64,000 bases of DNA from Macrostomum hystrix. Taxonomy: Eukaryota; Animalia; Platyhelminthes. This document shows positions 7,874 through 22,800 of the stretch, in pieces; the stretch's first letter is position 1; each line of letters begins with the position of its first letter. Made by a program: the position numbers and the translations under genes. The notes under the pieces were generated by a model that ran no database searches, had not been told where the DNA came from, and saw nothing but the letters and a program-made list of their open reading frames with translations. The stretch spans positions 4,154,001 to 4,218,000 of the forward strand of contig CATNEN010000003.1 in the NCBI GenBank assembly GCA_950097015.1, written 5' to 3'.

Positions 7874-10800
7874 GTAAGTCTGTACAATGTAACGTGCCGC
7901 CTTTTTGTGACAGCATGCGTCTAAAAATCGAAACATATCAGAGAATGCGTCACTTATTTTATCAGCCTGAGCACTTGTAGCCTTACTCTATTTTACACAC
8001 GGTGTAACTTTGCTTTGCAAGCACAAGGCTGCATGCCAAGCATGGGATTTAAGCCAGGCTTCTCTAGCCTTATTGACACCTTAGCTGCACCGAAAAGTTC
8101 TTATCTTATAGTTGTGCCATGGCAGTCATGGAAAATCTTCGGCTTATGCTCTTCGGGCATTCTAGGTGCGGGTGCATGGTCCTTCACGAGTGGCTACCTT
8201 ACACGTAATGCAGGGCGTTTATAGTAAAACTCAAGAAGCTTTGCTCGTACTCGTACAATACTTCAGTCAAAAATATTTGCCGCATGCTGGATGTTGCAAT
8301 TTTATTTAGTTCTTATTTTATTCTTTTGTCAAACGCGTTCCAGTGTGGAGAATGGATCCGAGTTCGCATTCAACAAATGGACCCAGACCTGTACGACATC
8401 GGTGCCAGTCTGGAAGAGGCCATGGAGATGCAGAGGATTCACGAGCAGCTGCGCTACAAACTTCAAGTAAGATCTTAGCTCTCCGTGAAAACAGTTGAAA
8501 GCAGTGAGTAGTTGGAGTAGTAGATAGTTCTATTTATGTAGTTCTAAAGGTTAATCAAACGGATCACCTTTGCGATAAAACAGATATTTTTATTGCAACT
8601 TGTGAAATGGAAATATGAGTTACATAAACTAAAGCCAAACAACAATCTGACCAACCGCCTTTCAATAATTTTAGGCAAAGCAGTCGCAGATCTCTGAGCT
8701 GCTTGCCCGGGCAGACGATCTAGTAGCTCAGCAGCGCACGCGCACTGAAGTCTACGAAGCCATGGCGCAATCACTGGGCAAGGCGTGGCAGGACCTGCAG
8801 AGCATCATGGAGCGGCGCAGCGACCTGCTAGCTCATGCTGTTCTATTCTTCACGCACGTCAGTCAGTATTCGAATCAATTTGATCTAATCACAGACTTAT
8901 GCCGGCACTTTGATGCTCCGCTCGACGGACAGACGGTGGAGCGACTATTACATGAGCACCACGAGATGAAGCAGAAGTTATTGGAGCAGTCCAAGATAAC
9001 GCTGGAGGTGGGACATCAGTTGCTTGACCATCTGAGGCGGCTGAGCTCTGCCACGCAGTCAGAGCAGCGCCAGTCAGTACTGACTGCCTGCAATCGTGTT
9101 GAGCGCATTCTTGAAAGCCTGACGGAAAGGCGCCGTGGGCTGGATGAGCTCTGGCGCGGTCGAAAGCATCGGCTAGAGGAGGCCACAAGACTCACTTCGC
9201 TCGACGACGAGCTTCAAAGGCTGCTTAGATCTCTTGCTAGAGGTGACTACTTGGTGTCAAACTGCGAGATCGGCCGGAACCTGCAGGAGGCTGAGATTCT
9301 GATGAAAGAAGTTTTGGCGTTCGGCAACGAGGCGGGCGATGTGCAAGACGCTCTGCTCAGATTGTGCCGTTCTGCAACGTCCCTCATGGAGCCGGGGGGC
9401 TTTGCGGACACGGATGCAATCAGGCGCAGATTAGAAAAGGCCGATCGCGTCGCAGAGGAGTTCATCCAGCGGCTGGAGACACGTAGACGGCTGCTGAACA
9501 TGGCAGTAATTTTCTATAGTGAGGTCGAAGTGCTCTTTCAGCGAGCCCGCAGGACCGACATTGCGCCAAATGAATCACTTCACGAAGTCGAGGCAAGACT
9601 GCCAGGCCTACGCACTACAGGACAAGCCTTGCTGGCCAAGCTTGAGCAGGACAGTCAGTCCGCCCACGCAGTCAGGTCCAAGCTGAAGGAGGCAGAAGAT
9701 TTTCTGGAAAAGTGCTACCAGTTGGTTCGTCGGCATGAGCAGGAGGATGAGAAGCGAATCTTTACTAGCCGATTGGAAGTTCTAAACACATGGATGGTGG
9801 AAATTGTATTCCGACGGCTGCGCGAAGGAAATGATCCAGGCACGACCGTGACCTCGGTGCAGAACTTTATCGATGCTCATCAGCACCTTCTGGAGGAGGT
9901 TTCCAGACGAGAAAGTGAATTTCATCAGGTTGAGCTTCTCATCGAGCCATTGCATGACAAGCGCGCGTTCATGCGGCGTTTGCAGGAACTGCGCCAGAGA
10001 CTTGGTCGTGCCAAGACTGTTTGCCAATTCCGTCTAGACGTTGGACACCGGCTGCTGGCGCTGCTGCGGCAGTCTCAGCAGGACGAGCTTAGCATCCAAG
10101 TATTTCTTAATGGCCTTGAGGAGGCTCGTAACCGTGCCGATCTGCTCACAGACTACTGGTTTTCGGACACTGCCAGACAGCAGAATATGCTAGTCAGTCA
10201 TCTATACGATCAGCAAGCAAGCATCAGAGATATTCTCAAAAAGGTTTGCCTGCTTTTTCTTATTTAGTGTAGATTCATATTCGTTATATAGCACAACACA
10301 ATGCCGTTTCTCACTGTTCTGTTACCCCTCTCCTTGATAGATCTCAGGCAGCCGCACGGCCGAAGACGACGATTTTTCGTCAGGACCGCTTACTCGCTAC
10401 CTAGAGACACAGCTAGCACGAGCGGAAGCGCGACTTTCAGCACTGCATGAGCAGTGGAATTCAGCGCAGAGACTACGCGAAGAAGTTGGCATCTACAAGC
10501 AGCAGCTACGCGAGTTTAACAGCGACGCCCGCCGGGCCGAAGATATGATGCGCGACGCGGAGGCCAGGTTTTCGTCTACCGTGCAATTCAGGTACGTACT
10601 GCCCAAATGCTAATTGATAATTACTAATTACCAAATAATAATAAAATACTAATTAAAACCCTGTGATAAGTTCGACTTTGCAAAGCTTTTATCGCAATTG
10701 AATCGTCCCGATTCCACTGATTGCGACATCCATTCTGCCTTCACCACAGAGACTTCCTTGACTTCGACCAGTTCCTAGCCGAGCACAATCGCTCTCGCGA

Positions 10801-13800
10801 TGTAGTGAACCAGTTCGTGAACCTGACGCTAACCAAGGGTCGCGACCTGCTGCGCATGCTGACTGCGCGCAGCGAGGATAGCGGAGCCGCGAAGGAGACT
10901 CGGGGTGCGCTGGGATCTCTGCAAGGAGCCAAGGAGCAGTGGGATCGAGTTTGGCAGGCCTCGTTGAGTCGAGCTCAAGATCAGCTAAGGTCCACTGAGG
11001 CATTGGGACAAATCGAGGTGAGCTTCATTTATTCTTGCAGTTTTTTTGCCCCCTCCCCGATTGAATTTTTCAAAGCAAAAGCCGCAGTCGTATGCTCATA
11101 TATGCCTTTTATTTTATTGCAACTTTCATTCGAGCTACGAAGTAAATTTTTTAGATTCATGAATCGCAAATATGAAAGATGTTTTTACTTTAGTAAATTA
11201 CATGTTTAATTCTGACTTCTCCTTTAGGCGTTGGTGGCATTTCTTTTAAGTCGAAAAAATATTTTGACTGTCTGAGCCTTTAACTTGTTGATTAAGCTCA
11301 TATTTCTACACTATCCTGACACGATAAGAGTATACCTACCAGCGTATATATACTAAACCTCTATTTTTTGTCTGTCTCATTGGTATTACAGTCTTTAATC
11401 GCTAATATCTGTCTGGCCCTCCAGTATTTCAGTCTTTAGTCTGAATGCCTGAAGTTACCTTGTTGAATTGTAGTTCTTGTGGCATTGTGTGGATATTAGC
11501 TTCAATTAGCTGATACTAAAATGGTTTCCCAGAGTTTTTGAATAATTTCCTATTTTAGCTACGTCAAGTTTAGCTTGCGATGTTTAGGGCTACAGCGTTT
11601 TTTAGTGGCAGTTTAACATTTTCACATTTTGGCACTGCTCTATTCGATTCAGCAGTCATGATTCTGCATGATTCTATTTCCGGAAGCAGCCGTAGATTGT
11701 GAAGCTAAGAAGCAAGGAATCTTCTACGTCAGTGTTGGCTTTGACCAAGAAAAAATTCGATAAAGGAATTTGATCTTCTTGACTGCTTCGAAAAAATAGT
11801 TAGGTGGGCAGCTGGCGCGGTGGAGCCCTTTTTTTACAGCCTCGAACCTGGCCTTCAATCACAAGCGTTAGTCACGAGTGCGCAGTCATTCCTGCCAGAC
11901 CAAAATTGCAAGTTCGCAGTTGCTTGGACTCGATCGATAGGCGTGCGGGCCGGTGTACCCTCCCTGCCATGCTTTCCCTTCTACCTCGCATGCCGAAGCG
12001 CGCAAAAACGGGATGGAATTGTCGGATAGAGATAACGAAAGTGTAGTTCCTCGCTTGTCAGAAATGCCTCTCTTCGTCTGGTCCCTTCCCACTAGCCATC
12101 GATGTTTACCATCGTTGGCTTTGGTTCGCAAGTGGCGTAGAAAATGCCCCGCTATAGCTTGCAGTCTTTTCCATTCGGCGTTTTGGTGAAAATACCTCGT
12201 ATTTGTAGGTGCATCATTTGGGGATAGGAAGAATCTGGAAAAAAATGCGAAGAAGCAAATGATGACTGGGAAGTTCCCCTGTTCGAATTCTTCATCGGGG
12301 ATCCATTAATAATGCCTGCGGGTTTAATGCATCCGAAAGTGGTCGGCCATGCAGCAAACGAAGCAATCAGCTTCCTGTAGACGTAAACAACGGTGCAGCT
12401 TCATGTAGCTTAGATTGATGGTTGAATTGCCTTTACAATCAGAATCAGCAGCTGTTTCACAGCTGTTTCACAGGGGCACTACTTCCCATTTGCCTCTTGT
12501 TGTCTCTTTCGTGGCAATTTGAAGCAAAATAGCAGGAATGTGAAAGGGCAACTATTTTTAAATCCGTTCAAGAAATTTGTGAGACGGATGAAACATGAAA
12601 CCGTCAACTAATTTTCAATAGTGCTAGCATCAATCGGACTTGCTTAGGTTCAAGAGACAATTAAAATTGAAGACTAGGAGAAAACACCGCATTATACAGA
12701 AACACAGCATGGTATGTATAAGCATGAGCGTTTAATTATAGAAGAATGTTAAATAATGAGAACGTAGGCAGAAAGCGAGCACAATCGAGCAAGTGAGCAC
12801 GTTTATGATGAGGTTGGCGCTAACTCGAATGGAGAGGCTCGGGTCAGTGAATGGGCAGTGTTTGGCTAGTCAGTTCTTCAGCACTACACCTGAGCTGTGC
12901 CCTTACTCAATTCGACCCCTTCCTACCAGCCTTCCTCTTTGTCTGAGTGAGTTTAAAATGAGCTGGCATGTGCTGTAAAAGACACCGCCAAGTCTAGTTA
13001 GTCAGAACTAAAGGAAAACTGCATTGAATACTGTGTACGATGATCTAAACTCGACGCTGTCTGAGTTAGATTCTTTAAGGATTTAACCAGTTCTCGAGCT
13101 GCTGCTTTAATCAAATAGCAGGCATGCCTTCTTCTTCCTGTCCCGAATTGCAGTACGTCGAGCGTGAAGTAGACCAGGCTGTTCAGGATCTGCGACGGGC
13201 ACGTGACGCTATGCAGACTGAGCCGCCGGAGCGAACCCGTGACAACCTGCAGCTGCTGGAGAACCGAATTCCGGTAAGATGCGTGCAGTGAGCATACAAA
13301 GTATCTGATAAAAATATCTTGGACGACTAAAGTAACGTATATACAGGACACAACACTCGTGTTTTATGGAAAATGTTTTCAAGGTCACTTTTCCGCGACA
13401 CGTAAATATAAAATCTCCCGTATTGTATTGTGGGGTATATGTTTTATACATTCGCGTATTATATTACATGTATTTCTACTTTGACTTTTATTCTATTTAT
13501 CTTAGTACGAGCTATTAACATTAAAAAAATATTTTTTACTTGTACTGTGTACGCCTTCAAGTGACAACTTCATGAAATCACCAAGTGCACAATCAGTGTG
13601 TCAAAATAAGCCCTGATTGCTAATTTTGACTTTTTCGAAGCTTTTTGGTTTTTGCAGCGAAAAAAGGCATACGTTTAAAAATGGCCTTTTTAATATTTTT
13701 ATTAATAGATTTCCATGGATTTTTAGTGTTCCGTCCTTGAAAATGTAGCTTTTCCAGCATTAAAAGCTCAATTAAATTTACAATTGCATAATAATTTCAG

Positions 13801-16800
13801 TACCTGCAAGATCAAGTTCGTGCTTCAACCGAGCGCTCAGAGAGCCAGGTTACCATGGAGCGGGCTAGCCAGTTGAAGAAAAAGTGGAGCCACTTTCTCA
13901 TCGACTTGCAAGAATTTCGCTCCCAAGTTGACCTCAATCTCAGCTTCCGCGACTCGTCTAGAAAAGTCGAAACCTACATAAGTGAACTATGGTTCTTTCT
14001 CAAAAGCAAGCGTCAGGAGCTTGACCAGACTGAAGATCCAATCACTTTTGATCGCATCGAGAAGGAGCTACAAGATCGGTTGAACACAGTACCTCAGGAA
14101 ATCGACCAGGAACTCAGAAACCTCAGCGAGCTCTCCTTCCAGTTGTACGGTTCCTCCGGGCCTCAACGAGTGCACCCGCTGACTGTGAAAGCCCAGGACA
14201 CAATCGGTGCTCTGAAGTCACTTGACGATGAATGCGTCCAGAAGAATGAGCGCATACGTGAGTCACAAGGCCCTCTGCAGGCGCCAGTGATCACACAGCC
14301 ACTACGAAATATTCAAGTAGAGGAGGGCTGCCCTGTCACTCTGGAGGTCGCCTATAAGGAGGATCCACGATGCCAAACAGCTAGTCCTCAGTGGTTCAAA
14401 GATGGTATACCAGTGGACAGCCCTGATTACAAGACTCGGGCCTACCCGGGGCACGCTACCCTTACGATCGATGAAACTTTCGGAGATGACTCGGCCAAGT
14501 ACACGTGCAAGGTGAGCAATCCAGCAGGTTCAGATGAGAGCAGTGCCTTTCTTAGTGTGATCGAGACGCATCGAACTTTGGAGCCGCCCGATTTCACGAA
14601 GCAGCTTCGATCTTTTGACGTTCTCGAAGGGGAACCACTGTCCTTAGAGTGCCACGTAATCGGTGAGCCGTTTCCAAAAGTGCGCTGGTTTCGAAATGAC
14701 ATTAACCTGGACGCATCACCTGAGTATGTTATTACTCTAATCAACGGAGTATGCACGTTGAAGGCGCGCAGCATGCAGCCGATGCACGCTGGTCGGTACG
14801 TTTGTAAGGCGACATCCTCGGCTGGGTCCGCATCTACCACCTGTTTGGTTGGCATCAGGCAGTTGCAGAGGCCCGTTATACTTCAACAGCTTCCATCGAC
14901 TGCAGTCGATATTGGCGCTCCTGTGAGAATGGAGACAAAATTTGAGGCAATGCCGCCACCAGAAGTATCCTGGTTGAAGGATGGAGCGCCGCTGTTCGAC
15001 TCTCCTGGCCGTAGAATCACTGTCGGACCCAACTCCACTAGTATAATGATAGATCGCGCTGAGCCACGAGATCAAGGTCGCTATTCAGTGTCCGTTAAAA
15101 ACCCGGCTGGCCAGGCTCAAACTAGCGGCGCGCTGAGCGTTGGCGGACCGGAAGACGTGATGGATTCTCAGCAAAGAAGTTCACAGATGAAGAGACAGGC
15201 GCAGCCTCTACAAGAAGATTGGCAGCAGCCTAAGCAAGCGAAGCAGCAGAATCTTGGCGGCTCTAAGCCTGTGTTTGTATCTCCACTGAAAGACGTCACT
15301 GTACCTGAAGGAGCGCCTGTTCGGCTTGATTGCTCAGTTGCAGGTGTTCCAGACCCTTCTGTCGAGTGGTTCAAATCTGGTCGATCAATTATGGAGTCAT
15401 CTGAATATCAGTTCTCCATTGAAGGAGACAATGTGATCCTGTCCATACCAGAGGCACTCAAGAAGGATTCTGCTGAGTACATGATTCGTGCCTTCAATGA
15501 TTCTGGGTCCGCTGAAAGCCGTTGTCAAGTAAAAGTTCTTCCACCTATCCGAAACGAGGCAGCACCTGTGGATGAATCTGTGGCGCCGACAAGAGCATCT
15601 AAACCACAGCGCGAACTTTGCATGCCTCAGGACGAGGCATGCCTCGGGACGCCGCCAGAGTTTGTTCGTAAGCTGGCCAGTCAGAACTGCAGTGAGGGTG
15701 AGCCCCTAGAGATGTCCGTGCAGATCAAAGGAAACCCAGTACCGCAGGTTGTTTGGTTCAAGGATGGAAAGAAGATTGAGCCGTCGCCTGATTTCATTCT
15801 TGGCAATGACGGGGAAACAAGTTTTATGAAAATACCAGAGGTCTTTCAAGAAGACTCTGGGCGCTACGAAGTGGTCGCCACCAATCCACATGGTACAGCC
15901 AAATCCGGGGCCAACCTGCGCGTCAGGCCGCTATCAACCGACGGAATTAAGATCTCGCCGCAGATGTTTGTTAATCAATCGGCCCAACAGCCACCAGAGT
16001 TCACAAAATTGTTTCGTGACCAGACGGCAAAGACTTCAGAGCCGGTTACTATTTCCTGCGATGTGACTGGCATTCCTGAGCCAGTGGTCCGCTGGACATT
16101 CAACGGCCAGCCTGTGAAGCCCAGTCAGGCGCGTGTGACTGTGCAGGGCAATCGACACAGCCTCAGCATTCCCTGCATTGACAGCAGTCACGCCGGCCGG
16201 TACGCCGCCACAGCGGAGAATCCGCACGGTCGAGCTACCTGTGCAGCTCTACTAGTAGTCGAAGATGCAAAGGAGAATCGCTATTTTCCCAGAACTACCT
16301 ATGAGACTGCCACTCATGTTATCAGCAAGAAGTATTCTGCCTCAGCGGAGCATCTGCAGCCTATGCGTGTGGTGCCTTTGCTACCGTGGCGCCCAGCCAG
16401 CCCGAGGTAATTTAGACGATTTTTGTTGCACCTTTTTCTCAGGCTTTACTAAATAAAAAAATAAATAACTAAGTACATTGATTTTTTGTAGGTCGCATTC
16501 ATCCTACTACAAGACCGAACTGTCAGGTCAAGCATTTGCCCCCGTCGACCTAACGTTCAGCCTGCCGATACCGCCAGAATTTATCAAGCCAATCAAGTCC
16601 GTGACTGCCAAAGAGGGTGCAAGGGTTGAATTCGACGGATTCCTTGTGGGCAAGCCCGAGCCGACCATCCGATGGTTCCGGGGCGGCCGAGAGCTGCACG
16701 ACAGTCCTGATTTTGAAATCAAATTTAAGGATGGCAAAGTCAGTCTTTCCATTCCGGAAGCTTTTCCTGAAGATCAGGGCACATACACTTGCGAGGCCGC

Positions 16801-19800
16801 CAATAAAGCTGGCCAAGTATCTTCCTCGGCTGAGCTTATTATCCGAGCCAGGACTCTAGCGCCTGTCTTCCTGAAGGGACTCGAGAGCCAGCAGGTGTTT
16901 GAGGGCCAGCCGGTGCACTTCGTTGTAAAAGTCGGTGGCGACGATTCTACTCGCGTGTCCTGGTACCGAGATGGAAGTCGAATTGAAAGCTCCCCAGACT
17001 TCATCATTGAGCAGATCGGTGACCTGCACACGCTGAAGATTCCGGAGTGCTTTACGGAAGACAGTGGACGCTACACAGTGACGGCTACTAATGAGAGCGG
17101 TGAGGTTGTGTCATCGGCAACTCTAACTGTCAAAGAAGTTGCAGGCAGCAGTGAGGAGCCACCAGCTACTAAGCGGAAAAAGAAAACTGGATTAGAGTAC
17201 CAGTATCAAACTGATCATCCACAATACCCTGTGGCACCAAAGGTGGCCGAGGAGTCAGTTTCCATAGCAAACATTCAACCAATCACTCATCAGCCGCCGC
17301 AATCGCCGCCAAGATTCACGCAGCGCTTGATGCCTGTCTATTCATCTAACGAGGGTGACCGGCTCACTATTTTTGTTCAGTTTGAGGGCCAACCGGCACC
17401 AGCAGTGAACTGGTTCAAGAACGGTGCACCAATTCTAGAATCGTCAGACTACTCGGTGTTCACAACAGAGTTCGAATCGCGGCTGACAATACCGGAGGTA
17501 TTTCCAGAAGACTCGGGCAGCTATGCCTGCGCAATTGAAAATCCTGCTGGCAACGATACATGCGAGTCAAGCCTGGCTGTCCAGCCTCGACCGCCGCCAC
17601 AGGAGCCGCCGGCTTTTGTGTTGCCTCTCCGCCCGGTGCATCTGCGCACTGGCGAGCGAGCCACATTCCAGGTGGAGTTTACAGGCCAACCGAGGCCTAG
17701 CGTTGAGTGGTACCTTAGCGGCCGACGCTTGCACAACTCACCAGCCTGCCAAATCGGTGTTATCGGACAACGATCAACCCTAGAGGTGCCTCGGGTCGAT
17801 GATTCATTTTCAGGCTTGCTGGAGTGCGTGTTGCACAATCCAGCAGGCTCGCGATCCACCGAGGCTCCTATCACCGTGGAGCCATCCGAGATACCCGCCA
17901 AGTTCATTCAGCGTCTTGCTCCCGGTTACAGTAAGCCGGAAGGCGCAAGCGTTCGCATGACAGTTCGCTTCTCCGGTGACCCGACTCCATCAGTTATTTG
18001 GTTTAAAGACGGCCAACTACTGGAGAGCTCGCCGGACATCCAGATACAAGCGGGGCCAGGAGAATCCAGTGTGTTTATTCCCGAAGCATTCGCTGAAGAC
18101 TCTGGCGAATTCTCCTGTACAATCGAGAATTCGACCGGCCGCGAGACCTGCGTCTCTGAGTTGAGCGTTGTCGATGTGGCGCGCCCAGATGAGTCCATGC
18201 CTGGCGAAGAGAAGCCACGATTCACAAAGAAACTCTTCCCGATCAGCGTAGATGAGGGTCAAAGAGCAGTGTTCGAAGTGACGGTCGCGGGCTACCCTGC
18301 GCCAACTGTTGCCTGGTACAAGGACGGAGTCCGGGTCAGCGATTCTGGTGACATCGACGGGCGACGCATTCACGTGAATCAGACTGGCGGTACCGCTACT
18401 CTAGTCATCAGCTCGGCAGTGGAATCAGACAGTGGTGTTGTCGCTTGCGTAGCAGAAAATCCACTTGGCCGTGAGACTACCGATGTGGCCCTGCGAGTCA
18501 ATCCTGCGATGCGGCCGCCAAGATTTATCGGCGGCTTGGAGCCACAGATGTCAGTCAACGCTGGTGACGATGTTGTCCTAGGTGTTCGCTTTGATGGCCG
18601 ACCGGTGCCGCGTGTGACGTGGCTGTGGAACGGCGCGCCAATACCGGAGGGTCCGCACGCTCGCATGGAGGAGTTCGGCAACCAGGCTACAATCACCCTG
18701 GCGCAGTGCCAGCCAGAGCAGAGCGGCGTGATCGCCTGCGTGCTGCATAATCCGGCCGGGACTGAGCGCTCCGAATCGCTGCTGACAGTGCGACCTAAGC
18801 AGGTTGTGCCAAGTTTCAAAAGACGCTTGCAGCCAGTCAATGTCAAGGAGGGCGAAAAAGCGATCTTCATTGTAGAAGTGGCTGGCGATCCAAGGCCTGA
18901 AGTGTTCTGGAAACGCGAAAATCTGCCAGTAGAAAGTTCAACCGACTTCCAGATCGCCGCAGTGGGTACAGTGCACTCGTTGACAATACCTGAGTGCTTC
19001 CCGGAGGACGCTGGTCTATTTTCTTGCCAGATCAGGAGCGCAGCGGGCTCTGACTCCTGCACAGCGCAACTGACTGTTGTGCCGAAGCGTAAGTGTCTGC
19101 AATCAAATAAATAATTGTTTTCAGTGTTTCATGAAATAATGAAATGTACTCTTTTACACCCGAATATAATCTCAGCCGAAGAAAAAAACAAGAAGCCCCA
19201 ACTGCTAAAGCCGCCGAAGAGCGTGACTGTGGACGAAGGCAGGCCAGCGTCATTTGTGGCTGAGTTCAGTGGCCGCCCGGAGCCTCAGGTTGTCTGGATG
19301 CGCGAAGGCGCCACTATTGAGGCCTCGCCAGACTTCGTGATCGAGACTCCACGACCCGGCTGCTCTGTGCTGCGCATCCCCGAGTGCTTCGCCGAGGACG
19401 CCGGCGCGTTTCAGCTAGTCCTGCAGAATAGCGAAGGTCGCACTGTGTGCGATGTGACTCTCAACGTTCTGGCCAAAGGTGAGTCGATAAGTCGATTTCA
19501 AAATCTTCAGTTCGTAACTTTATATTTTTATGAAAGGCGCATTTCGAAATAATTTTTGTCAAAACCACCCATACTTGTAGCTCCCACGCCGCCACCAGCG
19601 CCACCACCACCACCACTGCCACCGCCCCAGCCGGTCTTGCCTGCCGGTTCCACGAGGCCGCAGTTTGAGCGTCCGCCGCGCAACGCCTGCCTGACAGAAG
19701 GCCAGCCAGTCCAGCTGGATGCCTGTGTCGTCGGCCGACCGTCACCCAGCGTACGCTGGCTCAAGAATGGCCACCCGGTTCGTGACAGTTCCCGGCTCCG

Positions 19801-22800
19801 CTGCAGCTATAATGCCGACACTGGCGAGGCTGCCCTCCACATTGCCATGTGCCTGCCGGAAGACGCCGGCACTTACGCTTGCCAGGCCGTCAATCCGGTG
19901 GGTACCGAATCATGCTCGGCCCAGCTGCTGGAACCCTCCTCTTACCAGGCCTGGCTTGCGGCTGAGCAGGCCCGCCAAGCCAAGGAGGCCGACGTGGCGC
20001 AGAAGCGGTCGCTAGTCAGCGAGCTCGAGTCCAGGTTTACCGCCGCCCCATCAGCCAGACGCCTTTCTGGCACAGACGAACATGACTTTAGCGCAAGTTC
20101 GGCGCCATTCAACCTGAGCAGTTTTGAGCGCGCATTGCTCTCTGAGCCGGCTTGGACGGAGGATCAGGCTCAGCAGATGCGACCGACCGCTCGCATGGTC
20201 AAGCCGACGTTTGTTGAACGCCTTCTTGATCAAAGACTGAAAGAAAACACAGAGACAATATTTTATTGTCGTGTATGGGGCGACCCGATGCCCAGGGTGA
20301 AGTGGTTTTGGAACGGCAAGGTTGTGAAACGCAGCGACCACATCTGGTTTGGACTGGACGAATTCGGGGTGGCCGAGCTGCGAATTCAGAACACACGGCA
20401 TCAGGATCGCGGCTTCTACACCGCCTGTGCCTACAATCCTGTAGGCCGAGATGTCAGCTCCGCTCAGCTGTCGGTGGAGACAACTGGCGAAATCGTACTG
20501 GACAGTTACGTCAGCGAGGACACTCTTAAACAGCTGGCCCGCCTGCGCCGTGAAAAGAAGAAGGACTACGGCGAGTCTGGCATCGACGAGAAGCTATACC
20601 GACCGCACTTCAAGTCCGTTCCTTCTGACTGCGAGGCCCGCGAGGGTGCTGTCCTTCGGCTCGACTCCATTGTCAGCGGCCGGCCGATTCCGGAGATGTT
20701 GTGGTTCCGAGACTCAGTCAAAGTCAACGAGGATGACCTTCACAAGATCGTCATCAACGAGGAGGGTATTCACTCGCTGATTTTCAATAGCCTGGCTGCG
20801 TCTGACTCAGGCGAGTACCTGTGCATCGCGCGCAACCGTGCCGGCGAGGACCGTTTCCAGGTGTGCGTTAACGTCAAGCCGCGCGAGCACGCCAGCGCTC
20901 CGCGATTCCTCCAGAAAATCGCCACGCGCACAGTGAACGAAGGTGAGCCCGTGGAGTTCCAGTGCGCCGTAGAGGGGGCGCCGCAGCCGCTCTTATCCTG
21001 GCAGAAGGACGGCCGCATGATCAACCCGGAACAGACCGAGCGCTACCAGATCGCCGTAGTCGGCTTGACCACATCGCTGACCATTCCCATCGTAGAGCTG
21101 TCTGACGCAGCCTGGTTCCAGTGCACAGCGGCCAACATTGCTGGCACAGCGTGCTCCCGGGCCAAGCTGAACGTGCTGCCGGTGCTGAAAGCGCCAGAGC
21201 CGGAGCGCAAGCTGGTAATCTCAAAGGCCAGCAGCGCGCCGCGTCGAGTGGAGCCAGAACCGGCCCAGCAACCGGAGTGGCTTGTTTCTAGGCGGGTCGA
21301 TGCGTGAGTGTCATTACAACATAATTTAAGCCCCTAAAAAATATTCGTCACCAAACTCAGTCAACATCGTGAATTTGCTTTCCAGTTCTCTAGAGTTGCA
21401 ACCGCAGGCTATGTCAGTGGAGACAGAAAACTATGCGCCAACATTCACCAAGAAGCCGGCGCAGATCACTGTCGCGCAGGGAGGCACCGCCAAGTTCATG
21501 ACTAGAGTGGCGGGCAATCCGCTGCCCGAAGTCACCTGGATGCTGAACGGGAATCAGGTTGAGACGGTGAGTCAGCGATTGTCGAGTCTTGAATTTATCA
21601 TTTAATCTCAAGTGGGTTAACGAAGTCTAGGAAAGGCAGCTCAGGTACATCCCTTTCAAAAAGCCTATGCATTTGATGTTCAAGTTCAACGATGTTTAAA
21701 TCCAATTTTATCATTTAGGAATTTAGCTTTTCAAATGGCGTCAATATATTTCTAGACGCACAATCCATTTCAGCCTACTGTAAGTAGATAATTCGCTCAT
21801 CGTTACCCATCCTTATTTGAAAAAAATAATTCGCAGACTAATCGATTCCGCATCTGGTTCGACGGCATGATGCACAATCTGGAGGTTTCTCGGGCCGAGC
21901 CCGACGACACAGGCGTCGTCGAAGTGGCCGCTGTAAACTCTCTGGGTGAAGTCAGGTGCTCGACAGCGCTGACTGTGGAACCTGCTGCTGATTGGCGCTC
22001 GCAGCTGAAGCCGCTGCAGGGTGAGACGTACTTTTTGGCATTTTCTTAACTTTCTGGCACTTTTGGCGAAGTCCTGGGTTCAAATCAAGATTTGACTTAA
22101 ATTTCGATTTTCCCTATAGTTTATATATGGATACAATCTACCCCTTCTCACAGTCTTCCCTTCTCACAATCGACCAATTCTCACAGTCTTCCCTTCTCAC
22201 AATCTACCCCTTCTCACAGTCTTCCCTTCTCACAATCTACCCCTTCTCACAGTCTTCCCTTCTCACAATCTACCAATTCTCACAGTCTTCCCTTCTCACA
22301 ATCTACCCCTTCTCACAGTCTTCCCTTCTCACAATCTACCCCTTCTCACAGTCTTCCCTTCTCATAATCTACCCCTTCTCACAGTCTTCCCTTCTCACAA
22401 TCTACCAATTCTCATAGTCTCTCCGCATCTCACAATCTACCAATTCTCATAGTCTCTCCGCATCTCACAATCTACCAATTCTCATCGTCTCTCCGCATCT
22501 CACAATCTACCAGTTCTCATAGTCTCTCCGCATCTCACAATCTACCAGTTCTCATAGTCTCTCCGCATCTCACAGTCTACCAGTTCTCATAGTCTCTCCG
22601 CATCTCACAATCTACCAATTCTCATAGTATCTCCGCATCTCACAATCTACCACTTCTCATAGTCTCTCCGCATCTCACAATCTACCAATTTTCATAGTCT
22701 CTCCGCATCTCACAATCTACCAGTTCTCATAGTCTCTCCGCATCTCACAATCTACCAATTTTCATAGTCTCTCCGCATCTCACAATCTACCAATTCTCAT

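Noticed and set aside
22127-22417. 96-aa repetitive ORF; possible CRISPR-like array
   Set aside because: Translation of a 33-bp minisatellite; no unique spacers, and the context is a eukaryotic intron.
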